Source: Candidatus Eremiobacteria bacterium (GTDB lineage Bacteria; Vulcanimicrobiota; Vulcanimicrobiia; Vulcanimicrobiales; Vulcanimicrobiaceae). From it: a stretch of DNA of 64,000 nucleotides. Positions 9,324-18,230 of the stretch are shown here, one piece after another. The notes under the pieces were generated by a model that was not told where the DNA came from, ran no database searches, and saw nothing but the letters and a program-made list of their open reading frames with translations. The stretch lies in contig CAVTRC010000001.1 of the NCBI GenBank assembly GCA_963737065.1, positions 256,001 to 320,000 of the forward strand. The letters are read 5' to 3'. A program made the position numbers and the translations under genes. Position 1 is the stretch's first letter, and every line of letters begins with the position of its first letter.

Positions 9324-9653
9324 ATGTATATCGTCAACGGCAAGCCGGCGTGTCTGTTGATCACCGAAAATCTCTCCCGCGCGCATGCCGACGGCGAACG
9401 GCATTTCTATCCGGCGCTCGTCAAGGCGTTCGAACCAGGATATGAAGCAACCGATTGGGACTACGGTGCCGACTATCCCGAGGCGCAGCAACGCGTGGAA
9501 GCCTTCAACGCCGAACACGGCGTGAATAAGGACGCGGCGCTACTGATCGTCACCTCGTCGATGTTTCCTTCTGCACCGATTTCCACAGCGGATATCTACC
9601 GCGCGAACCTCGAGGAGTATGCAGACGATTCGAGTCAAAAGACGCCGGGATAA
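9324..9653 (+). CDS. Hypothetical protein
   Basis: 109-aa ORF with GAGGT upstream. Confidence 0.6.
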   Translation: MYIVNGKPACLLITENLSRAHADGERHFYPALVKAFEPGYEATDWDYGADYPEAQQRVEAFNAEHGVNKDAALLIVTSSMFPSAPISTADIYRANLEEYADDSSQKTPG

Positions 9654-10171
9654 TGGGAGCGCAGTGATTGCTTGAGCTGCATATCGCCAAGTCGATCGAT
9701 GGCGTCGAGAATCGTCTGCTGCGCGTGTTCCGCACCGTGTTCGGCGAGCCACTGCAACGCGCTGTTGACGCCCGAAGCAGCGGCGCGCTCTGCCGCAATG
9801 TCCTCGACGAGTTCATGCGCGCGCGTTTTGACCGCATCGGTCCAGCGTTCGACTTCCGCCTGTTCCGAAAGCGTACGTTTGATTCGCGACATCTCAGCCG
9901 CTCTCCACGGATACGGATTGCCGCACTGAAAGCAGTACGGATGGTACGGAACCCACTTCAGCATCTCCCCATCAGCGGGCAGCGGTGCGCGGCAGCCGGG
10001 ACACGCAACGATCACGTCGGCGCCGCATTTCGCGCAATGTTTCGGGACGAGCGGCGCTTCGGTGAACCACGCATAGACGTGGCCGTTCGTGCAGACGGCT
10101 GCGCACGGCCCGTGCCGTTCGGCCGCTAGCGCGGGCAGTTCGATCGGTTCAACTGGTCTATCGTTGGACAT
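9635..10171 (-). CDS. DUF2321-like zinc-ribbon protein
   Basis: CTNGH, CAKCG, CPGC, YCFQCGNPYPW motifs. Confidence 0.75.
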   Translation of the reverse strand: MSNDRPVEPIELPALAAERHGPCAAVCTNGHVYAWFTEAPLVPKHCAKCGADVIVACPGCRAPLPADGEMLKWVPYHPYCFQCGNPYPWRAAEMSRIKRTLSEQAEVERWTDAVKTRAHELVEDIAAERAAASGVNSALQWLAEHGAEHAQQTILDAIDRLGDMQLKQSLRSHYPGVF

Positions 10172-10646
10172 GGAAACATATTCGATACACGCACGTCGTC
10201 TGCTTTCGGAACAGATGTGGCTCGCGCTCTCCACCGTCGATGACGCCGGATTACCGATGGTAAGCTATACGCCGTTCGCCGCCGTTGCGGGCGCACTCGG
10301 CATCGTCGTGAGCAGGCTCGCTGCGCATAGCGCGCCCTTGCACGCGCGGCGTCCAGCTGCCGTACTCGTCGTCGAGACGCACACGCAAGCAGGCGATGCC
10401 TATATGCGCGCTCGGTTGTCGATCGCGGTCACCGTATCGCCGCTCGCAGCCGATTCCGAGCATGCCGTCGCCATTTGGTCCGCACTGGAGCAACGCCAGG
10501 GGGAGACTGTACGCACGCTTCGCATGCTTCCCGATTTCGATGCAATTCGTTTGGAGCCGAAGGAAGGCCGCCTCGTTCTCGGTTTTGCTTCGGCCCACAA
10601 CCTCAGCGGCCCGCAGATTGCAGCGGTTTTGGAAACCGGCGTCTGA
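10170..10646 (+). CDS. Pyridoxamine 5'-phosphate oxidase/HugZ-like split-barrel protein
   Basis: LSTVDDAGLPMVSYTPF, SRLAAH, RARLS, LPDF, GRLVLGFASA. Confidence 0.8.
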   Translation: METYSIHARRLLSEQMWLALSTVDDAGLPMVSYTPFAAVAGALGIVVSRLAAHSAPLHARRPAAVLVVETHTQAGDAYMRARLSIAVTVSPLAADSEHAVAIWSALEQRQGETVRTLRMLPDFDAIRLEPKEGRLVLGFASAHNLSGPQIAAVLETGV

Positions 10647-10662
10647 ACGCGCTTGCGGAGGT

Positions 10663-10668
10663 TATAAT
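10663..10668 (+). promoter_or_regulatory. Consensus -10 box for a probable leaderless transcript
   Basis: TATAAT 6 nt upstream of the ATG at 10675. Confidence 0.55.
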
Positions 10669-10674
10669 TACCCT

Positions 10675-11250
10675 ATGAGACGGCGCGTCTCCGACCGTTT
10701 GGGACCCAACGTTGCGCGACGACCGTGGACGCGTGCTGAGCGCCGCGTCGTGCTGCGCGGCTTTTGGGGCCGTCTGACGATCGCGATCGAGCCGCTCATC
10801 GTTGCAATATTCTTCGCATTGCTTCCGATCGGCATGATGCTGCGGCGACAAGAAGCCACGTTGCTGCTCGCTCCGATCTTCGGACTTGCATCGATTTCGT
10901 TCCTGATCTATGCCGTCGTGCTCATTGCGCCGTCCGCGCGCGCACTGTTCGAGACGTTCAATCCTATCTACACGGTCGACGGCTACATTCGGTATCGCTT
11001 CAAGGACGGCGAACCGATCTACTATGTGGCAGCGCTCGACGCCGAGCATCTGATCCTCGGTGAATGGCCACTCGCCCAATGGCCGCCCTCGATCAAAGAA
11101 CGAGAACTGTGGCCGGTTGTCGTGGAATTCAGTCCGTACGGCGGTATTCACAAAATCGACGGTCATCCGACGGGCGTCCTTCCAACGGAAATCGCGCCGT
11201 TCGGCATCGGCATCGCAGACGAAGACAAGCGCCGGCGCAAACTCGGCTAA
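10675..11250 (+). CDS. Hypothetical membrane protein (2 TM)
   Basis: Two hydrophobic helices followed by a soluble domain. Confidence 0.7.
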   Translation: MRRRVSDRLGPNVARRPWTRAERRVVLRGFWGRLTIAIEPLIVAIFFALLPIGMMLRRQEATLLLAPIFGLASISFLIYAVVLIAPSARALFETFNPIYTVDGYIRYRFKDGEPIYYVAALDAEHLILGEWPLAQWPPSIKERELWPVVVEFSPYGGIHKIDGHPTGVLPTEIAPFGIGIADEDKRRRKLG

Positions 11251-11251
11251 A

Positions 11252-11602
11252 TTACACGAGCGCGCGCCCGCAGAGATCGCAGAACACTATGCGCGGTCTG
11301 CGCGGCGGTTCGGCAGCTGCAGGCTGCACGACGTCGAGAGCGACTCGCTGCATCTGTACCGCTTCGTTCTCCGATTCGAAGGCCGCGACAATGTTCGCGG
11401 CTTGATCGTACGCGAGCGTGCCGTCGGTGCGGCCGTACGACGCCGGATAGTACCAGCCGTCGACGAGCAGCGTTAGCCGGTCTTCGCCTCGCCGCGCAAC
11501 GTGAACCGCTAATTCGCGCGGCGTGAGCGACGCTCGGTGCGTCGGAAGCAAACCGCGTGCGTCAAGCGCGCGGAGTGCGCGCGACCATAGCGCGTCATTC
11601 AC
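11252..11602 (-). CDS. DUF4129-like protein
   Basis: RASLTPRELA..YYPASYG pattern; C-terminal CDLC; GTG overlaps the upstream TGA. Confidence 0.55.
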   Translation of the reverse strand: MNDALWSRALRALDARGLLPTHRASLTPRELAVHVARRGEDRLTLLVDGWYYPASYGRTDGTLAYDQAANIVAAFESENEAVQMQRVALDVVQPAAAEPPRRPRIVFCDLCGRALV

Positions 11603-11934
11603 CGTCGCCATAGCCGCGCAGCAACCAGGAACCCAACAACGGCGATCGCATCGATCGCTAGTGCCCATGGAGTGATCAGCGGCCACAACACCGACCGGCG
11701 TTGCGCTTCGGAGGTCCGCGGCGCGCCGCGCGCCGTCACGTCGGACGGTGCGATCGTCGCTTGTTGCGTCGCCCGCGCTTGCTGCAATTGTTGCTGCGCT
11801 TGCGCGATGGAATTCGGCACGTAAACCGACGCGAATGCCAGGACCAAGGAGAGGGCGACGGACGCGATCGCGATTGCGGTAAGGGCAAGCCGCAAACGCA
11901 GTTGCGAACTATACGAGCCAGCAGATGACGGCAT
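11599..11934 (-). CDS. Hypothetical membrane protein (possibly the N-terminal half of the DUF4129 gene)
   Basis: Two TM helices around a Gln/Ala-rich linker. Confidence 0.55.
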   Translation of the reverse strand: MPSSAGSYSSQLRLRLALTAIAIASVALSLVLAFASVYVPNSIAQAQQQLQQARATQQATIAPSDVTARGAPRTSEAQRRSVLWPLITPWALAIDAIAVVGFLVAARLWRR

Positions 11935-12598
11935 GGTCGTGAGAACGTTCGAGTAGTGGGACGATGCTTTGCGGCAAAGAGAGCACGCCCTCCGGGCGCG
12001 ACAGAAGCTGCGCGCGGTGAAGCCGTCCGGCGATCGCACACACGGCCAAGTACGCAACGGCGATCGTGATGATGCTCAGCGGCAGGTGCAACGCGATGAC
12101 CGCTTCATTGAAGGCGATCGCGAACGCACAAACGAGGAGCAGCCCTGCAAACGCGGCCCACGTTACCACTTGCGGCCGACTGCGCCACTCGCGTGCGATC
12201 ACGATCGTGGAAACCAACGAGACGCCGGCAGCCACCATACCGACGAGCGGTGCGACGGAAACGGGATGCGTGTGAAGGCCAAAGAGAATGCCTATGGCGG
12301 CGGCGGCGAGCATAGCACGCAGACGCGCGTGCAATCGAGAAAGCACGACTGCGACAAGTACGGCAACGCCTAGGATCGCAATGTCAATCGCGCTCCAGAC
12401 GAGCGGGCTCGCAATCAATCCGTACGCGGCGAAGGAAACGACCGTCGCCGCGGCACGAAGCAGCCAATCTGCACGCAATACTTCGAGGCGCACTTCGACT
12501 TGCGCATCCTCGCCGTACCGCGGAATCTGCGCCTCGCTGCGCAGCACGTGCGGCTCTTTTTGATAGAATGCCGGATCGGCCCGGCGCATCCACTGCAC
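11909..12598 (-). CDS. Hypothetical multi-pass membrane protein
   Basis: About 6 hydrophobic segments; abuts the DUF58 stop. Confidence 0.65.
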   Translation of the reverse strand: MQWMRRADPAFYQKEPHVLRSEAQIPRYGEDAQVEVRLEVLRADWLLRAAATVVSFAAYGLIASPLVWSAIDIAILGVAVLVAVVLSRLHARLRAMLAAAAIGILFGLHTHPVSVAPLVGMVAAGVSLVSTIVIAREWRSRPQVVTWAAFAGLLLVCAFAIAFNEAVIALHLPLSIITIAVAYLAVCAIAGRLHRAQLLSRPEGVLSLPQSIVPLLERSHDHAVICWLV

Positions 12599-13761
12599 TA
12601 CTGCGCGACGACCTCGCGGGTAAAGATCGGCACGTGGTCCGGCGTGAGCGTCACCATCGGAAGCCGTTGCTGCTCGACCTGCTCGCGTTGCCGTAGACTA
12701 ACGAAGACGACCGCCAATCCATGCCGCGCTACCTCGTCCACGAGCAGCCGCGCAATCGTCGTGCGATCGCCGTGAAGGCCGATCGTTGAGAGTTCCATTT
12801 GCAGCCGATCGAGATCCGTATCGCGCGGGCGCAAGCGTAACGTCACGATCTCATGTGCGTTACGCTGAACGATAAACCGCACCGTAAGCTTCAGCGTAGC
12901 GAACGTCCGGCACAGTGCATACACGAAACAGATGGCTTTCTCGAGGCGGTAATGCCGAAGCTCGTCGTTGCCGTCGAGCGGCGGCGCCGTATCGAGCACG
13001 AGGCTCAGATCGTCGGCGGTCGGATCTTCGAATTCGCGCACGTAATAGCGATTGGGATCGCGCGTGCGCAGCGAGAGCACGCGATGGATCAGCTTCGGTG
13101 AATCGCCCGGGCGGTATTCTCGCACGCCGACGTACTCTTCGATCGCCGTTGGCAGCTTTTCGAATCGCCCCGACGCCGCGTGCCGTCCCGCGAGCAACGA
13201 GTCGACGAACGGTTCCAATTCATAGATCGCGGGCAACACCGTGACCGCGTGCACCGTATCGAAGACCGCGGTGACGCGTACCGCGCTCCCCGGCAATGCG
13301 ACCGCTGCGCGGAACGGTCCTACGAGCAACATTCCGCGCCGATTCGTCGTGACGTCCCATTGTGACGCACCGGCGAGACGGCTCGAAAGAATCGGAATCT
13401 CAGACCACGGACCAGCTTCCATCACCGAACCGGCAATCGAAAATCGCGCGGTCGCCTGCACGCCGATCGCCGGAAACGTTCGTCCGCCGAGTGAGAGCGT
13501 AAGACGTAATCGGAACGTCGTGAGCGCTCGCGTTCGCGCCGGCACGTCGACGCGTCGAATCCGAAGCGCGCTTGCCGCCATCAACGTAGCGATCGTCGAG
13601 AGGCCGACCCACAGCAGCGGAAAAGCGATCGCGAAGACGGTGAACTCGCGAATCGAAGGACGAAACGCGCCGGCGACTGCTGCAATCGCGATCGATGCTC
13701 CGAGCATCGCGATACCGGCCGGCGGCGCGCTTGCGAATTCGAACTGCGACGGCCGTTTCAT
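12598..13761 (-). CDS. DUF58 domain protein
   Basis: RRGMLLVGP, EEYVGVREYRPGDSPKLIH, VREFE, LVLDT; ATGA overlap with moxR. Confidence 0.9.
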   Translation of the reverse strand: MKRPSQFEFASAPPAGIAMLGASIAIAAVAGAFRPSIREFTVFAIAFPLLWVGLSTIATLMAASALRIRRVDVPARTRALTTFRLRLTLSLGGRTFPAIGVQATARFSIAGSVMEAGPWSEIPILSSRLAGASQWDVTTNRRGMLLVGPFRAAVALPGSAVRVTAVFDTVHAVTVLPAIYELEPFVDSLLAGRHAASGRFEKLPTAIEEYVGVREYRPGDSPKLIHRVLSLRTRDPNRYYVREFEDPTADDLSLVLDTAPPLDGNDELRHYRLEKAICFVYALCRTFATLKLTVRFIVQRNAHEIVTLRLRPRDTDLDRLQMELSTIGLHGDRTTIARLLVDEVARHGLAVVFVSLRQREQVEQQRLPMVTLTPDHVPIFTREVVAQ

Positions 13762-14720
13762 ACGCCGGCGACTTGCGGAACCGGAATTCCATCCACGAGA
13801 CGCCGCACGAGCTGCGTCTTCCATTCGGTCATGCTCATCAGTGATTCCGGCATGACCTTCGGAATGAGCCGGTGTGGAAGCGCGTGAACGAACAGCGCCT
13901 TGACGTCGTCGGGAGTTACATAGACGCGTCCTTGCACGAGTGCATACGCGCGCGCCAGCTGCATCAGCTGAACGGCCGCGCGCGGGCTCGCGCCGAGCAC
14001 GAGTTCGTCGGAGACACGCGTCTGCCGTACCGCAGCAATGATGTAGCGCAGCAGACGGTCGTCGAGCACGACGTTCGTGACCAAAGCCATCAGTTCGCGC
14101 ACGCGTTCGATCGTCAGCACCGCCGGAATACCCGCAAGCGGATCGTCTACCATCCGCTCGCGCAGGATCTCGATCTCTTCGTCTTCGCTCGGATACCCGG
14201 GCGAGAGCAACAATTGGAAACGATCGAGCTGCGCCTCGGGCAAATCGTTGACGCCTGAGTGCTCGATCGGATTCTGCGTCGCGATGACGATAAAGGGATT
14301 GGGAAGCGAATGCGTCGTGCCATCGACGGTCACTTGTCCCTCGCCCATCGCTTCCAACAGCGCACTCTGCGTGCGCGGCATCGCTCGGTTGAGTTCGTCC
14401 GCAAGCACGATGTTCGCGAACACGGGCCCCGGAACGAACACGTCGTTGCGCGGATCCACGTACCCGGTGATATCAACCGGCAACAGGTCCGGCGTGCATT
14501 GAATGCGTTTGAATTCGCACGAGATCGAGCGCGCGAGCGTTCGCGCCAGCATCGTTTTTCCGACGCCCGGCCGGTCTTCGAGCAGCACGTGCCCGTGCGA
14601 GAGAAGTGCCGCAACGACGAGGTCGACGACTTCACGTTTGCCGATGATGACGCGCTCGATGTTTTCGATCAGGCGCTCCACGTCCGCGCGTGCGGCGTTC
14701 AATGGAGTGCTGCTGTTCAC
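13758..14720 (-). CDS. MoxR-family AAA+ ATPase
   Basis: GHVLLEDRPGVGKT, RIQCTPDLLP, LADELNRA, ATQNPIE, LPEAQLDRF, GASPRA. Confidence 0.95.
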   Translation of the reverse strand: MNSSTPLNAARADVERLIENIERVIIGKREVVDLVVAALLSHGHVLLEDRPGVGKTMLARTLARSISCEFKRIQCTPDLLPVDITGYVDPRNDVFVPGPVFANIVLADELNRAMPRTQSALLEAMGEGQVTVDGTTHSLPNPFIVIATQNPIEHSGVNDLPEAQLDRFQLLLSPGYPSEDEEIEILRERMVDDPLAGIPAVLTIERVRELMALVTNVVLDDRLLRYIIAAVRQTRVSDELVLGASPRAAVQLMQLARAYALVQGRVYVTPDDVKALFVHALPHRLIPKVMPESLMSMTEWKTQLVRRLVDGIPVPQVAGV

Positions 14721-15391
14721 AGCGCCCGCTTATGCGGCACATGCGGCGCCGCAAACGCCGTCGGCGAGCTATTGAGCGCGAACGGAACCAGCCACCGTGC
14801 CGCAAGCGCGCCGATCGCTGCGACCAAGAGTATCGCCGCAGCAACATAAATGGCCGCGATCGACGGAAGGTCAGATGCAAGCGCAGCTCCGACGCCGCCG
14901 AACAATCCGGCGATTCCGTGGCCGGGAAGATCGGGGTGCTGAAACAGATATGCGGCGAGCACGACACCGAACCAGCGCGCCCCGCCGCCGATGACCCGTG
15001 CGATGTCGGCATCCCACGTAAACTGTCGCAAAATGTGCCCCGCGATCAGGCGCGCGAAAAAGTCCGTTTCGGCCGCGACCGCCAGAACGGCAACGACCGC
15101 TGAAACCGTCAAGAGTACGCCGCCCAGCGTAAAGCCGCTCTCATACGATGCCGCAACGAACGGCAATGCGACGAGAAACGCGAGCGCGCCCACGGCAAGC
15201 GCATCTGCAACGCGCGCTACACGCTCACCTCGCGCGTGCAGTTGCGTACAATGCGTGCAAAGCAATAAGTCGCCGGTACGATTCCGTCGTTGGCGCACGA
15301 AGAACGTGACCCACACGACGAGGGCCACTGCCTCGAATGCAACGAGAAGGGCGAACGGTACGTAACCGGGTACGACCGGCGCCATCGTCAC
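14717..15391 (-). CDS. Hypothetical membrane protein with CxxC
   Basis: Multiple TM helices; CTHC; overlaps the moxR start. Confidence 0.65.
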   Translation of the reverse strand: MTMAPVVPGYVPFALLVAFEAVALVVWVTFFVRQRRNRTGDLLLCTHCTQLHARGERVARVADALAVGALAFLVALPFVAASYESGFTLGGVLLTVSAVVAVLAVAAETDFFARLIAGHILRQFTWDADIARVIGGGARWFGVVLAAYLFQHPDLPGHGIAGLFGGVGAALASDLPSIAAIYVAAAILLVAAIGALAARWLVPFALNSSPTAFAAPHVPHKRAL

Positions 15392-15406
15392 ACCGCCGGT
15401 ATGCTG

Positions 15407-15631
15407 CTACGGCGTCAGATGGGACGGCGGCAGCGTCAGGGTTGTGGAACCGATGGCCGGCCAGATGTGACCCCACGGTGCGGCGGCGACGACGAACGCG
15501 CCTTGCATGATCGCAAGGATGATCGAGAAGAGAACGAACAGCAACGCGCCGTTTGGTATTGCGAAGCCGAGCTTATCGAGCATATGCGGCGGAATTCCGC
15601 CGCTCGATGCCGAGTGCACGTCATGGCTCAT
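15407..15631 (-). CDS. Small membrane protein, possible oxidase accessory subunit
   Basis: 74 aa, one TM helix, ATGA-coupled within the cox operon. Confidence 0.65.
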   Translation of the reverse strand: MSHDVHSASSGGIPPHMLDKLGFAIPNGALLFVLFSIILAIMQGAFVVAAAPWGHIWPAIGSTTLTLPPSHLTP

Positions 15632-15828
15632 GCGTGTTCTCCTAAGATATGAAGCGCTGCCAACAGCGCGAAAATACAGCCGAGCGCCATCAGGCCGAGT
15701 AAGACTTTCGTTACGACGGCGTCGAGCCCGCGCGCGTCCCAATCATTACGGAGTTGCACGAAGGCCGTTACGCCTACGATAATCGCTCCGACGAGCGCGA
15801 TCCATTTTTCAACTGCTGCTGCGTCCAT
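15628..15828 (-). CDS. Small 2-TM protein, possible oxidase subunit IV-like
   Basis: 66 aa (MDAAAVEKWIALV...), starts 4 nt after the subunit III stop. Confidence 0.65.
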   Translation of the reverse strand: MDAAAVEKWIALVGAIIVGVTAFVQLRNDWDARGLDAVVTKVLLGLMALGCIFALLAALHILGEHA

Positions 15829-15832
15829 CAAT

Positions 15833-16477
15833 TCACCATAAGTAGAACAGGAAGAACAGTGCAACCCAAACGACGTCGACGAAGTGCCAGTACAGCGTCC
15901 CGCACGTGAGGCCGAGATATTTCGACCCGGTGTATGTCCCGCGGTTTGCTTGCATACCGAGAACCGCGAGGAAGATGACGCCGACGAATACATGGAATCC
16001 GTGCATGCCCGTCAACGTGAAGAACGACGCACCCATCGTGCTGCCCGGCCACGTTACGCCATCGTGTAAAACGCCCGTCCATTCATGCGCCTGACCGAGA
16101 AGAAACAAGATGCCGAGGATGATCGTCGCGATCAGCCAGAGGTTGAATTTGGCTTTGTGTAAGTACTTCCAGTTCTCCAGCGCGAAGTGCATCGTCACGC
16201 CTGATCCAAACAGAATCACCGAGTTGACCGCGGCAAAGCTCGTGTCGAACCACGGCAGCTGGTGGCCTCCGACGAACGGAGGCCATGTCGGCGCCGACGT
16301 ACGGAGGTAGACGTACGCGAAGATGAACGACGAGAACAGGATGCAGTCGCTCAGCAGAACGAGCACAAACCCGAGAAGCCGGATGTCGCGAGTTTCCCAA
16401 TAAATGGGATCGACGTCATTGTACCGGGCCGCGACGGCTGCGTGTCTGCCGAGATGCGGTGCAGTGATAGCTGCCAA
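15833..16477 (-). CDS. ctaE: Cytochrome c oxidase subunit III
   Basis: FFTLTGMHGFHV, YWHFVDVVW. Confidence 0.95.
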   Translation of the reverse strand: MAAITAPHLGRHAAVAARYNDVDPIYWETRDIRLLGFVLVLLSDCILFSSFIFAYVYLRTSAPTWPPFVGGHQLPWFDTSFAAVNSVILFGSGVTMHFALENWKYLHKAKFNLWLIATIILGILFLLGQAHEWTGVLHDGVTWPGSTMGASFFTLTGMHGFHVFVGVIFLAVLGMQANRGTYTGSKYLGLTCGTLYWHFVDVVWVALFFLFYLW

Positions 16478-16480
16478 CGT

Positions 16481-18223
16481 CTATCCTCCCACGAGAGCCG
16501 GCTGCGGCATGACGAGCTTGCCGTACTCGGGATACGGCTCGATCGCGTTGTCGGTGTCTTTATACGGCAATGGCTTTTCGAAGTCGTACGGTCCGGCCGT
16601 GACCTCGGGCAGAGATTTGAAGTTGTAGTATGGCGGCGGAGAGCTGGTCGTCCACTCCAACGTGCGGGCGCCCCACGGATTGATGCCTGCGAGCCGTCCA
16701 TGCTTAAGGCTCCAAAGCGCGTTGAAGAGCAACAAGCCGACCGATGCGACCATCAAGAACGAGAACGCGGTCTCGAATTGGTTCCAGAACTGCGCATCCG
16801 GATTTCCGGCTGCGAAGGCGGCGTAGGAAGCATAGCGCCGCGGCATACCTTCAATGCCCAGCCAGTGCATCGGCAAAAACGTTCCGTTGAGTCCGATAAA
16901 GAACAGCCAAAATCCCAGTTGTCCCAAACGTTCGTTCATGAGTCTGCCGGTCGCTTTCGGATACCAATACGGAACGGCCGCGAGGAAGCCCATGACCGCG
17001 CCGCCCGCAACGACGTAGTGGAAATGCCCTACGACGAAGTAGCTGCCGTGCAAATGGAGATCGACCGGCACCGAGGCTAAGAAGATGCCGGTGATACCAC
17101 CGAACGTAAACGTGAGGAGAAATCCGACCGCGTATAGCATTGACGCCGTGAACCGGATCGAACCGCCCCATAGCGTCGCAACCCAGGAGAACATCTTGAT
17201 TCCGGTCGGGATCCCGATCGCGTACGTAAGGATCATGAACGGAATCTGCAACCATGGAGCCAGACCGCTGGGGAACATGTGATGCGCCCACACCGTGAAC
17301 GCAAGCAACGCGATCGCCATCGACGAGAACGCGATCATCTTGTATCCGAAGATTGGTTTGCGCGAGAACGTCGGCAGCACTTCGGAAACCACACCGAACG
17401 CCGGAATGATGAAGATGTAGACGGCGGGATGCGAGTAGAACCAGAACATGTGCTCGAAAAGCACCGGACTGCCGCCGCGAGCCGGATCGTACCACGGAAT
17501 GTTCCAGACGTGCTCGAGGAAGAGCGCGCCCGTTGCGACCGACAGCGCGACGGTCGCAAACATGTTCATCAATGCCGTTGCGAACGTTGCCCATACGAAG
17601 AGCGGCATACGCGTCCACGTCATACCGGGTGCGCGCATCTTTATGATCGTTACCATGAAGTTCATTCCGGTAAGCGTCGAACTTATGCCGACGACGAAGA
17701 TCGCGGCGCACCACAATGCGCCTGCCGTTCCGTCCGCGAGCGAGATCGGCGGATACTCGGTCCATCCGGCGTGCGGGCCGCCGAAGAGCATCGAACTGAA
17801 CAAGATGACGGCCGCAATAGGTAAGATCCAGAAGCTGATCATGTTCAGCCACGGAAACGCGACGTCGCGTGCGCCGATTTGAAGCGGCATCACGAAGTTC
17901 CCAATCGCTCCGGTGACGAGCGGAATCAAGACGATCCACACCATCGCCGTACCGTGCATGGTGAACATCTCGTTGTAGGTATTGTGATCCATGATCGCGC
18001 CGTTCGGATCGGTCAACTGCAAGCGCATGAGTTCGGCGAACGAACCGGCGATCAACATGATCAGCATGCCGGTGATGAAGTACTGGATCCCGATCACCTT
18101 ATGATCCAGCGAAAAGACGTACTTTCGGACGAAGCCTTGCGGTGCCGGGTGAATGTGCCCGATCGCGACGTGTTCTTCGTGTCCGGTATCGTGAGCGGTT
18201 AAGTGCTTTCCAGTGGTGTCCAT
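16481..18223 (-). CDS. ctaD: Cytochrome c oxidase subunit I, A2 type
   Basis: DHKVIG, TMHG, WFYSHPAVY (YS motif), WAHHMF, HFHY. Confidence 0.97.
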   Translation of the reverse strand: MDTTGKHLTAHDTGHEEHVAIGHIHPAPQGFVRKYVFSLDHKVIGIQYFITGMLIMLIAGSFAELMRLQLTDPNGAIMDHNTYNEMFTMHGTAMVWIVLIPLVTGAIGNFVMPLQIGARDVAFPWLNMISFWILPIAAVILFSSMLFGGPHAGWTEYPPISLADGTAGALWCAAIFVVGISSTLTGMNFMVTIIKMRAPGMTWTRMPLFVWATFATALMNMFATVALSVATGALFLEHVWNIPWYDPARGGSPVLFEHMFWFYSHPAVYIFIIPAFGVVSEVLPTFSRKPIFGYKMIAFSSMAIALLAFTVWAHHMFPSGLAPWLQIPFMILTYAIGIPTGIKMFSWVATLWGGSIRFTASMLYAVGFLLTFTFGGITGIFLASVPVDLHLHGSYFVVGHFHYVVAGGAVMGFLAAVPYWYPKATGRLMNERLGQLGFWLFFIGLNGTFLPMHWLGIEGMPRRYASYAAFAAGNPDAQFWNQFETAFSFLMVASVGLLLFNALWSLKHGRLAGINPWGARTLEWTTSSPPPYYNFKSLPEVTAGPYDFEKPLPYKDTDNAIEPYPEYGKLVMPQPALVGG

Positions 18224-18230
18224 ATCGCCT

